A DNA stretch of 63,953 nucleotides, filler included, from an uncultured bacterium (GCA_964609495.1; 6 parts of 6 records of this genome joined end to end with filler, not necessarily neighbours in it); one strand, 5' to 3'. Numbered from the whole stretch's first letter, positions 30,799-40,415 are shown. The notes: a model not told the origin generated them from the letters alone. A program made the numbers and translations.

Positions 30799-30822
30799 AT
30801 ATTCTATTAAGGAGAAAACGAG

Positions 30823-31251
30823 ATGCCTATAATTACAAGTAAGCTTAGTCTGGAGACCAAGGGAGATACTGATGTTATAGATATTACCTCCGAAGTTGAG
30901 AGGGAACTTATTGATACCGATTTAGAATCGGGAATAGTTACCATATTTCTCCCTGGAGCAACCGGAGGGATAACTACTATCGAGTATGAATCGGGATTGA
31001 TAGAGGATATAAAGAACGTCTTTGAAAAGCTCGTTCCCCGCTGGATCGAGTATAAGCATAATCTGGCTTGGCAGGATGGCAATGGGCATTCTCATATCAG
31101 AGCTTCCTTGCTGGGCCCTTCGCTTACCGTCCCCTTCGCTCAAAAGAGGTTGCTACTGGGAAGATGGCAGCAGATAGTATTTATCGACTTCGATGTCCGA
31201 CCCCGCTCTAGGGAATTGATCTTGCAGTTCATAGGGGGAGGCAAGAGATGA
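30823..31251 (+). CDS. YjbQ/UPF0047 family protein
   Basis: DIT, GAT.GITTIE, NGHSHIRASLLG, LLGRWQQI.F.DFD. Confidence 0.92.
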   Translation: MPIITSKLSLETKGDTDVIDITSEVERELIDTDLESGIVTIFLPGATGGITTIEYESGLIEDIKNVFEKLVPRWIEYKHNLAWQDGNGHSHIRASLLGPSLTVPFAQKRLLLGRWQQIVFIDFDVRPRSRELILQFIGGGKR

Positions 31252-31329
31252 GAGTCGCTTCCGATGTCAGCGATTCGGGGATAAATATACTCTGGATTTA
31301 TATTTTTTAGATATTTTGTGAAGTTTATC

Positions 31330-31358
31330 TTGAAATTGGTTACTAAATATAATATAAT
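31330..31358 (+). promoter_or_regulatory. sigma70 promoter for mtnP-pfkB-prsW
   Basis: TTGAAA-17-TATAAT. Confidence 0.6.
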
Positions 31359-31395
31359 GAGGGTGTGAAGAATATTTGAAGAAAGGGGAGGGAGA

Positions 31396-32253
31396 ATGCC
31401 TGAGGCGAGAATCGGTATAATTGGCGGTAGCGGATTATATGATATAGAGGGTTTCGAGAATATCAAGAGGGTGAGGGTGGATACCCCCTTTGGACTTCCC
31501 TCGGATGAACCTATCTTGGGGGATTTAGCAGGAGAGAAGGTTGTCTTCCTTCCCAGGCATGGAAAGGGACATACAAGATCTCCCAGCGAGATTAACTCCC
31601 GAGCTAATATCTATGTTATGAAGAGCTTAGGAGTGGAGTATATCCTCTCCGTTAGCGCAGTGGGAAGCATGAAGGAGGAGATAAAACCCCGAGATATTGT
31701 AATCCCCGATCAGTTGTTCGATAGGACAAAGGGCAGGATTAACACTTTTTTTGAGAAGGGGATTGTAGTTCATATTAGTTTCGCCGATCCCTTCTGCCCA
31801 ACAATGATAAGCCTTTTAGGAGAGATATGTCAGGAGATGGGGTTGAATTTTCACTTAGGTGGGACTTATTTGTGTATGGAGGGGCCTCAATTCTCCACTA
31901 GGGCGGAATCGAGGATATATCGCCAGTGGGGAGTGGATGTCATCGGGATGACGAGCTTGCCCGAGGCGAAGTTGGCAAGAGAGGCGGAGATCTGCTACGC
32001 TACTATCGCGATGGTCACCGATTATGATGTCTGGCGTGAGGAAGATGTAACGGTGGAGATCCTGATCGCCAATATGATGAAGAACGTGGAGAGTGTGAAA
32101 AGGCTGTTAAAGAGGATCATCCCTGAGCTTCCTAGGGAGAGGCGTTGCCCCTGCGCAAATGCCTTGCGGGATGCTATCATTACTCCTCGGGATGCTATCT
32201 CGAGGGAGGTTAAGGAGAAGTATAAAATTATAATCGGTAAGTATCTGGATTAG
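31396..32253 (+). CDS. mtnP: S-methyl-5'-thioadenosine phosphorylase
   Basis: IGIIGGSGLY, FLPRHG, MEGPQFSTRAES, GMT..PEAKLAREAE, VTDYD. Confidence 0.93.
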   Translation: MPEARIGIIGGSGLYDIEGFENIKRVRVDTPFGLPSDEPILGDLAGEKVVFLPRHGKGHTRSPSEINSRANIYVMKSLGVEYILSVSAVGSMKEEIKPRDIVIPDQLFDRTKGRINTFFEKGIVVHISFADPFCPTMISLLGEICQEMGLNFHLGGTYLCMEGPQFSTRAESRIYRQWGVDVIGMTSLPEAKLAREAEICYATIAMVTDYDVWREEDVTVEILIANMMKNVESVKRLLKRIIPELPRERRCPCANALRDAIITPRDAISREVKEKYKIIIGKYLD

Positions 32254-32262
32254 GGAAGAGGA

Positions 32263-33162
32263 GTGAACTTGGCGAGCGTTCTAGTGGTTGGTTCTGTGGC
32301 TTTAGACACCGTTATTACTCCCACTGGGGAGGTAAAGGATGTTCTGGGAGGCTCAGCCTCCTATTTTTCCTACGCGGCTAGTTTCTTCACCTCAGTTAAG
32401 TTAGTAGCTGTAGTAGGGGAAGATTTCTCTCAAGAGTATATAGATTTACTAAGGTCTAGGAATATCGATCTTGGTGGTTTGCGAGTCGAGAGGGGGAAGA
32501 CCTTTAGATGGGGTGGACGCTACAGGGGCGATATGAGTGTTGCCGAGACTCTTTACACCGATCTAAATGTCTTTGAGAACTTTTCCCCAGATATCCCAGA
32601 TGAATACAAGAGGAGCGAATATCTGTTTTTAGCTAATATCGATCCCGAACTCCAGTTGAACATCCTAAATCAGATGGAGAAGCCGAAGCTAGTTGCCTGT
32701 GACACTATGAATTATTGGATAAACAACGAATGGGACGCCTTAATGGAGATAATAAAGAGGGTTGATGTTCTGATAGTAAATGATGCTGAGGTTCGAGCTA
32801 TAGGAGGAGAGACAAATCTCATAAGCGCGGCTAGTCGGATATTATGTCTTGGCCCTAAAGCGATTATCATAAAGAAGGGGGAGCATGGCGCGATGCTCTT
32901 TAGGGAGGATTGTTTCTTTTACTCTCCAGCCTATCCTCTTCCCAAGGTGGTCGATCCCACCGGAGCTGGAGATAGCTTCGCTGGTGGCTTCATGGGATAT
33001 ATGGCGAAGACTGAGGGGAACAATATCCAGAGAGCGATCGTCTATGGTAATGCGATGGGCTCCTTCTGTGTCGAGGATTTCGGTCTAAGGCGCTTTCAAA
33101 TTTTGAATAATGGAGAGATAGAGGAGAGATTCAAGGAGTTCCAGCAGATGGTTAGTTTTTGA
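32263..33162 (+). CDS. PfkB family carbohydrate kinase
   Basis: GSVALD, GGSASY, KKGEHG, DPTGAGDSFAGG. Confidence 0.92.
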   Translation: MNLASVLVVGSVALDTVITPTGEVKDVLGGSASYFSYAASFFTSVKLVAVVGEDFSQEYIDLLRSRNIDLGGLRVERGKTFRWGGRYRGDMSVAETLYTDLNVFENFSPDIPDEYKRSEYLFLANIDPELQLNILNQMEKPKLVACDTMNYWINNEWDALMEIIKRVDVLIVNDAEVRAIGGETNLISAASRILCLGPKAIIIKKGEHGAMLFREDCFFYSPAYPLPKVVDPTGAGDSFAGGFMGYMAKTEGNNIQRAIVYGNAMGSFCVEDFGLRRFQILNNGEIEERFKEFQQMVSF

Positions 33163-33196
33163 GAGAGTAGAGATAATAGAGAAGGGGAGGCAAAGG

Positions 33197-33895
33197 GTGT
33201 CAATCCTAGTTTTTGTAGCTTTAGCTTTCGCTCCGGGGATATTCTGGCTTTGGTTTTATTACCGCCAGGATAGGTATGAGCCAGAGCCCAAGATGTGGAT
33301 AGTAAAGGTGTTTGTGCTTGGTATGTTGGTGGTCATCCCCGCGGCTATTGCCGAAGCTCTAGTGGGTAAGATATTCCCTTTCTTGGAGGGGAAAGGTTTA
33401 ATCTCTATACTCTTATACTCCTTCTTAGTCATCGCTCCTATTGAGGAATACGCTAAATATCTAGCGGTGAAGAAAAGCGTCTATAAAACGCTGGAGTTTG
33501 ACGAGATAACTGATGGGATCATCTACAGTGCGACGGCGGCTCTAGGCTTTGCTTCCCTAGAGAATCTATTTTATATGATAGATTTAGGAGCCAGCGTGAT
33601 GATCGTTCGGGCGCCGTTATCCACTTTGGGGCATGTATTATTCTCCGGGATGTGGGGTTATTACCTGGGATTGGCGAAATTCTCACCAGGGCAGGAGAAG
33701 AGACTCATCAAAAAGGGACTTCTACTAGCCATATTATTTCATGGAGCTTATGATTTCATTCTTTTTACGAATACGGTTTTAGCGCTTCTGGTAATTCCTC
33801 TTATGTTTATAATGTATCGTAAGTTAGCTTCTATGATACGAATCTCAGCTAAGCAATCTCCCTATAGGGAAGAAGATACCGAGGCAGAGACGTAA
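33197..33895 (+). CDS. prsW: PrsW family intramembrane metalloprotease
   Basis: DRYEPEP, EEYAK, GFASLEN, HVLFS, HGAYD. Confidence 0.9.
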   Translation: MSILVFVALAFAPGIFWLWFYYRQDRYEPEPKMWIVKVFVLGMLVVIPAAIAEALVGKIFPFLEGKGLISILLYSFLVIAPIEEYAKYLAVKKSVYKTLEFDEITDGIIYSATAALGFASLENLFYMIDLGASVMIVRAPLSTLGHVLFSGMWGYYLGLAKFSPGQEKRLIKKGLLLAILFHGAYDFILFTNTVLALLVIPLMFIMYRKLASMIRISAKQSPYREEDTEAET

Positions 33896-33931
33896 TATTG
33901 TGAATATCCGAATGAGCAGATAGATTTTTTC

Positions 33932-33960
33932 TTGACTTTTCTCAAGCTATATGCTATATT
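33932..33960 (+). promoter_or_regulatory. sigma70-like promoter for the PD40 genes
   Basis: TTGACT-17-TATATT with TG extended -10. Confidence 0.5.
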
Positions 33961-34073
33961 TAAACCAGGACTTAGTTGCTCTGTTCATTAGTTAAGATCG
34001 AGTGTATATTTTAAGTCTCAAGTTGTTATTATAGACGATTACATTCCCAGTTTATTGAAAGGGGTAAATACAG

Positions 34074-35093
34074 ATGAGATTACTAAAAGTAACAGTAGTA
34101 ATATTATCTATAGTATTGATGATAGTTGGATTTGAAGGGGACGGAGTTGCAACTTCTAGTCCACCTAAAGGGAAGATCGCTTTTGTCTCTTCTCGAGATA
34201 GTAACCGGGAGATATATGTAATGAGTGCTGATGGGAGTGGACAGGCTAACTTGACTAAGAATCCCGCAGAGGATGATGATCCCGCATGGTCACCAGATGG
34301 GAAGAAGATCGCTTTTATCTCTGGGCAAGATAGTAGCTGGGAGATATATGTAGTGAATGCTGATGGGAGTGGACAGACTAACTTGACTAATAATCCTGCG
34401 TGGGATGTTTCTCCTATATGGTCCCCAGATGGGAAGAGAATCGCTTTTGAATCTAATCGAGATGGTAATGTTGAGATCTATGTGATGAATGCAGATGGAA
34501 GTGGGCAGACTAACTTGACTAATAATCCCACGTGGGATTTTTCTCCTGTATGGTCCTCAGATGGGAAGAAAATCGCGTTTAAATCTGATCGAGATGGAAA
34601 CTATGAGATATATGTAATGAATGTTGATGGGAGTGGACAGACTAACTTGACTAAGAATCCCGCAGAAGATGATGATCCTGTCTGGTCCCCAGATGGGAAG
34701 AAAATCGCTTTTGTCTCTGAGCGAGATGGTAACTCTGAGATCTATGTGATGAATGCTGATGGCAGTGAACAGACTAACTTGACTAATAATCCCGCAAAAG
34801 ATGATGATCCTGTCTGGTCCCCAGATGGGAAGGAGATCACTTTCCGATCTGATCGAGATGGTAATGAGGAGATATATGTGATGAATGCTGATGGGAGTGG
34901 ACAGACTAACTTGACTAAGAATCCCGGAGGGGATCAGGATCCTGCGTGGTCACCAGATGGGAAGAAAATCGCTTTTGTCTCTGAGCGAGATGGCAATAGT
35001 GAGATATATGTGATGAGTGCTGATGGGAGTGGACAGACTAACTTGACTAATAATCCCGCAAATGATTGGAGTCCTGTGTGGTCACCTGAATAG
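34074..35093 (+). CDS. Exported TolB-like PD40 beta-propeller with seven 44-aa repeats
   Basis: Seven [29 protein letters not shown]....P.WSPDG units after a hydrophobic leader. Confidence 0.92.
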   Translation: MRLLKVTVVILSIVLMIVGFEGDGVATSSPPKGKIAFVSSRDSNREIYVMSADGSGQANLTKNPAEDDDPAWSPDGKKIAFISGQDSSWEIYVVNADGSGQTNLTNNPAWDVSPIWSPDGKRIAFESNRDGNVEIYVMNADGSGQTNLTNNPTWDFSPVWSSDGKKIAFKSDRDGNYEIYVMNVDGSGQTNLTKNPAEDDDPVWSPDGKKIAFVSERDGNSEIYVMNADGSEQTNLTNNPAKDDDPVWSPDGKEITFRSDRDGNEEIYVMNADGSGQTNLTKNPGGDQDPAWSPDGKKIAFVSERDGNSEIYVMSADGSGQTNLTNNPANDWSPVWSPE

Positions 35094-35929
35094 ATAGCCT
35101 CAATGGTTATTAGATGTAAGTGGATTAGGTAGTTTCAAGTAGATAATTTGTTATTCCTATACATCCCCGAAGCGGTAGTTTATTAAAGTGGGGTGAATAC
35201 AGATGAGATTACTAAAAGTAACTGTAGTATTACTATCCATAGTATTGCTGATAGTTGGATGTGAGATAGTTGGAGGAGTAACTCCTAAAGGGAAAATCGC
35301 TTTTGAATCTTATCGAGATGGTAATGGTGAGATATATGTGATGAATACTGATGGGAGTGGACAGACTAACTTGACTAATAATCCTTCATCGGATGATGAG
35401 CCTAGATGGTCACCAGATGGAAAGAAAATCGCTTTCCACTCTCATCGAGATGGTAATGGTGAGATATATGTGATGAATGCTGATGGGAGTGGACAGACTA
35501 ACTTGACTAATAATCCTTCATCGGATGATGAGCCTAGATGGTCACCAGATGGAAAGAAAATCGCTTTCCACTCTCATCGAGATGGTAATGGTGAGATATA
35601 TGTGATGAATGCTGATGGGAGTGGACAGACTAACTTGACTAATAATCCTGGTTATGATGGATCCACTGATTGGTCACCAGATGGGAAGAAGATCGCTTTC
35701 CGATCTGATCGAGATGGTAATGTCGAGATCTATGTGATGAATGCTGATGGCAGTGGACAGACTAACTTGACTAATAGTCCCAGATGGGATAGAGATCCTA
35801 GATGGTCATCAGATGGAAAGAAAATCGCTTTTGCCTCTGGGATCTCTCTTGACCCTGAGCAAGCTGGGAGCTGGGAGATCTATGTGATGAATGCTGATGG
35901 GAGTGGACAGACTAACTTGACTAATAATC
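34170..35929 (+). repeat. 132-bp coding tandem repeats across both PD40 genes
   Basis: Near-invariant core GAGATxTATGTGATGAATGCTGATGGGAGTGGACAGACTAACTTGACTAA recurring about every 132 bp within each gene. Confidence 0.95.
35203..35929 (+). CDS. Second PD40 beta-propeller, probable lipoprotein (3'-truncated)
   Basis: Near-identical leader with lipobox IVGC; four complete repeats and part of a fifth. Confidence 0.88.
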
Positions 35930-36029
35930 NNNNNNNNNNNNNNNNNNNNNNNNNNNNNNNNNNNNNNNNNNNNTTAATTAATTAANNNNNNNNNNNNNNN
36001 NNNNNNNNNNNNNNNNNNNNNNNNNNNNN
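35930..36029. other. Artificial contig linker
   Basis: N-run with TTAATTAATTAA. Confidence 0.99.
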
Positions 36030-36079
36030 ATTAAGCCACCCTGTGAGATAGATTAATCCGACATAAGGAGGAGTGAGAA

Positions 36080-36478
36080 GTGATTTCTCAATTCACCGTA
36101 TCTACTAGATCAAGAACAGCTATGGAGGACGTAACTCCTCAAGTAGAACGAATAGTTAGAGATAGTCAGATAAAGGATGGTATCTGTTATATTTATATCC
36201 CTCATACTACCGCGGCTGTGACTATCAACGAAGGGGCTGATCCCAATGTGAAATGGGACATTCTGATGGAGTTAGATAAACTTGTTCCCCTAAAAGATGG
36301 CTATCATCATATGGAGGGTAATTCCGATGCTCACATTAAAGCCAGCTTAATAGGTCCCTCGGAGACCCTCTTTATTAATGATGGGCGTCTCGTCTTAGGA
36401 ACTTGGCAGGCTATCTACTTATGTGAATTCGATGGCCCTCGACGAAGGAGGGTTATGATCAAGATAATAGAGTCTTGA
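36080..36478 (+). CDS. YjbQ/UPF0047 family protein (second paralog)
   Basis: PHTTAAVTINEGADP, HMEGNSDAHIKASL, LGTWQAIY.CEFDGPR. Confidence 0.93.
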   Translation: MISQFTVSTRSRTAMEDVTPQVERIVRDSQIKDGICYIYIPHTTAAVTINEGADPNVKWDILMELDKLVPLKDGYHHMEGNSDAHIKASLIGPSETLFINDGRLVLGTWQAIYLCEFDGPRRRRVMIKIIES

Positions 36479-36521
36479 AGTTCTCCCTTAATTTAAATCG
36501 ATGAAGAAAGGGGAATCAATT

Positions 36522-36926
36522 ATGTCCTTTTCTCCAAGAGTTATCGCTTTTTGTTGCGATAATTCGGCTTATCTAGCAGCCGATATGGCTGGAACTATGA
36601 AATTATCCTATCCTGAAGAGATAGAGATAGTTCGTGTTCCTTGCTCGGGAAGAGTAGATGCCCTCCATATCTTGAAAGCTTTCGAGAATGGAGCTGATGG
36701 AGTTCTAATAGCGGCCTGCTATGAGAACGCATGTCGGTATATAAGAGGTAATATAAGGGCAAAGAATAGAGTAGATTACGTAAGAAGTATACTAAAGGAT
36801 ATAGGAATAGAAGAAGAGCGGATACAAATAGCCTATCTAGCTCCCAATATGGGGGTAAAGTTCGCTCAGATCGCTTCGGAGATGGTGGAAAAGGTAAAGG
36901 AATTTGGACCGGCAATACCTTCGTAA
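36522..36926 (+). CDS. mvhD: MvhD/FlpD family iron-sulfur subunit
   Basis: IAFCC, RVPCSGRV, AFENGADGV, C....C.Y..GN, IGIEEERI. Confidence 0.88.
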   Translation: MSFSPRVIAFCCDNSAYLAADMAGTMKLSYPEEIEIVRVPCSGRVDALHILKAFENGADGVLIAACYENACRYIRGNIRAKNRVDYVRSILKDIGIEEERIQIAYLAPNMGVKFAQIASEMVEKVKEFGPAIPS

Positions 36927-36989
36927 ATACCATAGAATAGATCTATCTGAGATCTGCTAACTATCAGAATCTCTTCGGGTTTGAAGGTA

Positions 36990-37018
36990 TTGACAATAAG
37001 CGATAAAAATTGTATAAT
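36990..37018 (+). promoter_or_regulatory. Consensus sigma70 promoter
   Basis: TTGACA-17-TATAAT. Confidence 0.78.
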
Positions 37019-37104
37019 AAAGTATTGATTATTTTCTCCGAAGATGGCTGGGTTAAGATTGAGGGAACAAAACTAGTTGTTGGGTCAATAAGGAGGAGGA
37101 TAAT

Positions 37105-37839
37105 TTGAGGTTAATCAAAGTGCTTATTTTGGCTCTGTTAGTTATTATCTTTACGGTGAAAATTATAGCTGCCGAGTGGGATAATAATGTATCTCTGGAG
37201 ATGGAGCCAGTTATCGATGAAAAATCTGATGCTTTTTCTAATACTGCTGATCAGTTGACGGCGAAGATGCAAGCTACAAAGACTTGGATCAATGGTGCCA
37301 TTCAGGAGAAAGGGAAGCTTAAAGTAACTATAGCCAAAATGGCTACCCTTAATAAACTAGAAAATATGAGCAAAGCTTACAATACCCATCTGAGGGCAGG
37401 GGAGAGAGAATTAATAGGGAATTCGATATATCAAGAGGCAGAAAGATACGATCTCGATCCGATTTTAATAGCCTCGGTGATCGCGATAGAATCCAGATTC
37501 TCTGCCCAAGCCCTCTCTCCCAAGGGAGCTAGAGGACTTATGCAAGTTATGCCTTCTACTGCTAACTGGATAGCGAAGAAAATGGGATTAAGCTATAAAG
37601 GAGCTGATTCGCTCTATGACTCGGAGGAGAATATAAAATTGGGGGCTAGCTATCTAGCCTTTTTGCTAGATAAATTTGGAGATCTGGAGATAGCTCTGAT
37701 CGCCTATAACATGGGAGATTCTATATCCCAAGGGATCCTCAAGCGAGGTGGAGAACTTCCCACTTTTTACTCAAATAAGGTTATAAGCTGTTATCGCTAC
37801 TATACGAAAAAGACCTATAAACTTGCTAAGGCAAAGTAG
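37105..37839 (+). CDS. Lytic transglycosylase (SLT domain), exported
   Basis: IAIESRF, SPKGARGLMQVMPST, NIKLGASYL, AYNMG. Confidence 0.92.
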   Translation: MRLIKVLILALLVIIFTVKIIAAEWDNNVSLEMEPVIDEKSDAFSNTADQLTAKMQATKTWINGAIQEKGKLKVTIAKMATLNKLENMSKAYNTHLRAGERELIGNSIYQEAERYDLDPILIASVIAIESRFSAQALSPKGARGLMQVMPSTANWIAKKMGLSYKGADSLYDSEENIKLGASYLAFLLDKFGDLEIALIAYNMGDSISQGILKRGGELPTFYSNKVISCYRYYTKKTYKLAKAK

Positions 37840-37894
37840 CGATATTTTACATAATAAGGATATAGAGGAGATTTTCTCCCTCTAAGGAGGTAAT

Positions 37895-38623
37895 ATGAGC
37901 GAGGACCGACAGAAGATACCTCACACAGATGAAACTGAAAGGACAATAGTTAGAAGAGAACTGTCCTTGACCGATCTAGCCTTCGAGGTCCTGAATGAGA
38001 AGAGAGAAGCAATGAATTATAAGGATATAGCGGATGAGGTGATGAAACTGAAGCCTCATCCGATAAGCAGACTGCCTAGAATATTGATCGGAATGATGCA
38101 GCAGGATGAGAGGTTCGAAAGGATAGATAAGGAGAATTGGGGACTCGCTAAATGGTCCCTTCCTGAGGAGAGATTGGAAGAAGAGGAGAAACTGGAGAGC
38201 ATAGATCCGAATTTACCTACCGAGGATATAATTTATGAGATGCTCAAGGTGTTCGATAGACCAGCCACCCCAGCTATGCTAGAGGAGGAGTTAAGGAAGC
38301 TCAAAACAGAATTGAACACTCCTATAACAGACCTACTAAGAGAAAGCGATCGTTTCTATGAGGTAGAGGAAGAGCTATGGGGTCTATCCATCTGGTATTT
38401 AGATCCCCACTGGAGTATAAAGAGGGTTATTGATATCACCTTGAAAATGAATAATAGACCTATGCCTTTAAATGAGATAATTCAAGCCGTGACAAAGATA
38501 AAGCCCGTACTTGGTTCAGATGCAGAGAAAATCATTCATCGTTTGTTAAACAATGATAAGCGATATGAAGAGGTAGCTGAAGGAAGGTGGACGCTGAACG
38601 AAGAACTACAATTTGAGGGGTGA
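37895..38623 (+). CDS. Protein with three tandem RNAP-delta-like (HARE-HTH) winged-helix domains
   Basis: Three units ending DERF...NWGLAKW, DRFY...LWGLSIW and DKRY...RWTL, like the N-terminal domain of Firmicute delta (RpoE). Confidence 0.72.
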   Translation: MSEDRQKIPHTDETERTIVRRELSLTDLAFEVLNEKREAMNYKDIADEVMKLKPHPISRLPRILIGMMQQDERFERIDKENWGLAKWSLPEERLEEEEKLESIDPNLPTEDIIYEMLKVFDRPATPAMLEEELRKLKTELNTPITDLLRESDRFYEVEEELWGLSIWYLDPHWSIKRVIDITLKMNNRPMPLNEIIQAVTKIKPVLGSDAEKIIHRLLNNDKRYEEVAEGRWTLNEELQFEG

Positions 38624-38627
38624 GTAA

Positions 38628-38996
38628 ATGTTATATAATAAGGCTGATGTTCTTAAAGGATTAAAGTCTTTTCGGAGGATCGCCAAGCAGGATTTGATAG
38701 CTAGCGAAAATAATCCTGATGCTCAGTTCTGGTATGAGAATGCCGTCGCCAGAAGAGAAAAATATGCGGAATTAATAGAAATAGTTGAAAAAGAGGGGGT
38801 AGAAACTGCCTATAAAAAATCTCTTGAGGATTATACAACCTTACCTTCTCTTTCTCCCGCCGATGAAAAGGAACATCCCGATCTAAGTGGCTTCGAACAA
38901 GCCCTGGAGAACTTCTTCACCCTACTAGGAGTCGATAAGAAAACAAGACGAGAGGCCAAGAGCAGACGCATCCCCATTAAAAACAGAGAAGGGTAG
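38628..38996 (+). CDS. Hypothetical protein
   Basis: 122-aa ORF starting 4 nt after the upstream stop, with RBS GAGGGG. Confidence 0.75.
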   Translation: MLYNKADVLKGLKSFRRIAKQDLIASENNPDAQFWYENAVARREKYAELIEIVEKEGVETAYKKSLEDYTTLPSLSPADEKEHPDLSGFEQALENFFTLLGVDKKTRREAKSRRIPIKNREG

Positions 38997-39048
38997 AAAA
39001 GGTAACTTTTTAACCGTGAGTTCTATTTGAAGCAAAAAGTTACCTTTT
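38997..39048. mobile_element. ~50-bp palindromic mini-element (family D)
   Basis: AAAAGGTAACTTTTT...AAAAAGTTACCTTTT; reverse complement of 51326-51378 apart from one indel. Confidence 0.8.
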
Positions 39049-39096
39049 AAGGGAGATTTTCTCCCCCCTAACTGATAGAAAAGGGAATCAATAAAA

Positions 39097-40281
39097 GTGA
39101 TAGAAGCTTTAATAAAAGGCTTAAGACAGGCAACGAGGCTAAAGACCTTTCTGATCGCCCTGTTCATTCCTATAATAATAATCCCTGTTATAGCTTCTTG
39201 GTTCTCAATATTAATAGAAGAACATAATATCTTAAACTCGACAAGGACGGGAAAGATCGCTGTCTCCGGAGTAAATGAGGGAAATATCTTAGTTCAATTT
39301 TTAGAAGACGAGTTTGGCTCCGATCTAGTAATGCTGGAAAATTGGGATAAACCCCTTCATTTAGGGATCGTTAAGGTGGCCTTAAGCTTTCCTCCAGATT
39401 TTCAAGCCAAGATGGAGAGGAAAGAATCTATCCAACTTATCCTATCCTACAACAGTTCCGATCCTGTATCGCGAAAAACTAAAGATCTTCTTATTAAAAG
39501 TATCGATAGATTTTCTAGGAATATAGTTGACCTACGCCTCGAAGATAAGGACATCGACCCAGAGATAGCAAGACCTTTAGAGATAAGCGAGTTAGATATC
39601 TTCTCGAAAGAGGAGGATAACAAAGACATCTGGCTGATCATCCTCCCCATATTTATAGCTACTTGGCTTATGATCGGAGGGGCTTGTTCCTCCTATAATC
39701 TGGTGGGAAAGGAAAAATATCCTCTAACAGAGGAATGGTTTGAATTTCTATCTCCCTTTGATCTGGCAGGATTCACCCTAGGGGAGTTCATCGGAATATC
39801 TCTTCTCTCCCTGTTCACTCTCATAGTGGCTCTACTAAGCTCTTGGGGACTTATGGAGTTATATCCAGCGTTCAAAGATATAGGTTTAGCGTTTAAGGAG
39901 ATTATATCCTCCCTAAGAGCCGGAGCAATAGGGATGATCTTCTTACTTCTCTTCTCCATCAGTTCTCTTGAGCTAGCTATATGTGCTGAAGCTGGAAGAA
40001 CTTGGGAAGCTTTAGCGATCTTGATCATACCTATATATATAGTCTTTATGATCTCGACCTTATCAGTCTTCCTAATCCCCGATATAATATTAGATGATAA
40101 ATCCTATTTATGGCCGGTCTTTAATTCCACTCTGGGACTAAGGGAAATACTTTCCTCGGCGACTTCGTGGCCCTATTTGGGTCCTACTTTAATATCATCT
40201 CTACTATTCATTTTTATCTGTCTGGCTCTCGCTCTCTATAGCTTCTGGGGAACTTTCGAAGAGATAGAGGAAGAAGAGTAG
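39097..40281 (+). CDS. ABC-2 type permease (NatB-like), divergent
   Basis: TM1, large soluble loop, ~5 further TM helices; VGKEK and PVFNS resemble NatB motifs. Confidence 0.7.
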   Translation: MIEALIKGLRQATRLKTFLIALFIPIIIIPVIASWFSILIEEHNILNSTRTGKIAVSGVNEGNILVQFLEDEFGSDLVMLENWDKPLHLGIVKVALSFPPDFQAKMERKESIQLILSYNSSDPVSRKTKDLLIKSIDRFSRNIVDLRLEDKDIDPEIARPLEISELDIFSKEEDNKDIWLIILPIFIATWLMIGGACSSYNLVGKEKYPLTEEWFEFLSPFDLAGFTLGEFIGISLLSLFTLIVALLSSWGLMELYPAFKDIGLAFKEIISSLRAGAIGMIFLLLFSISSLELAICAEAGRTWEALAILIIPIYIVFMISTLSVFLIPDIILDDKSYLWPVFNSTLGLREILSSATSWPYLGPTLISSLLFIFICLALALYSFWGTFEEIEEEE

Positions 40282-40415
40282 AGATCTCTTGTAACCTCAT
40301 CACTTGAAAAAAGTGGAGATCCCCGCCTGTGAACTATCTTTACCTGTTGGTCTTTGCTAAATTAATCGGGCTATTGAAGATTTCTCTCCTGTTAGATCTC
40401 GAACTTTCCTTAAAT

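Noticed and set aside
34170..35929. CRISPR array
   Set aside because: The 132-bp period is in frame within ORFs, there are no unique spacers, and no cas genes are present
34074..35929. Diversity-generating retroelement acting on the PD40 repeats
   Set aside because: No reverse transcriptase or non-coding template repeat in the window, and I cannot see an adenine-specific pattern; not excluded genome-wide
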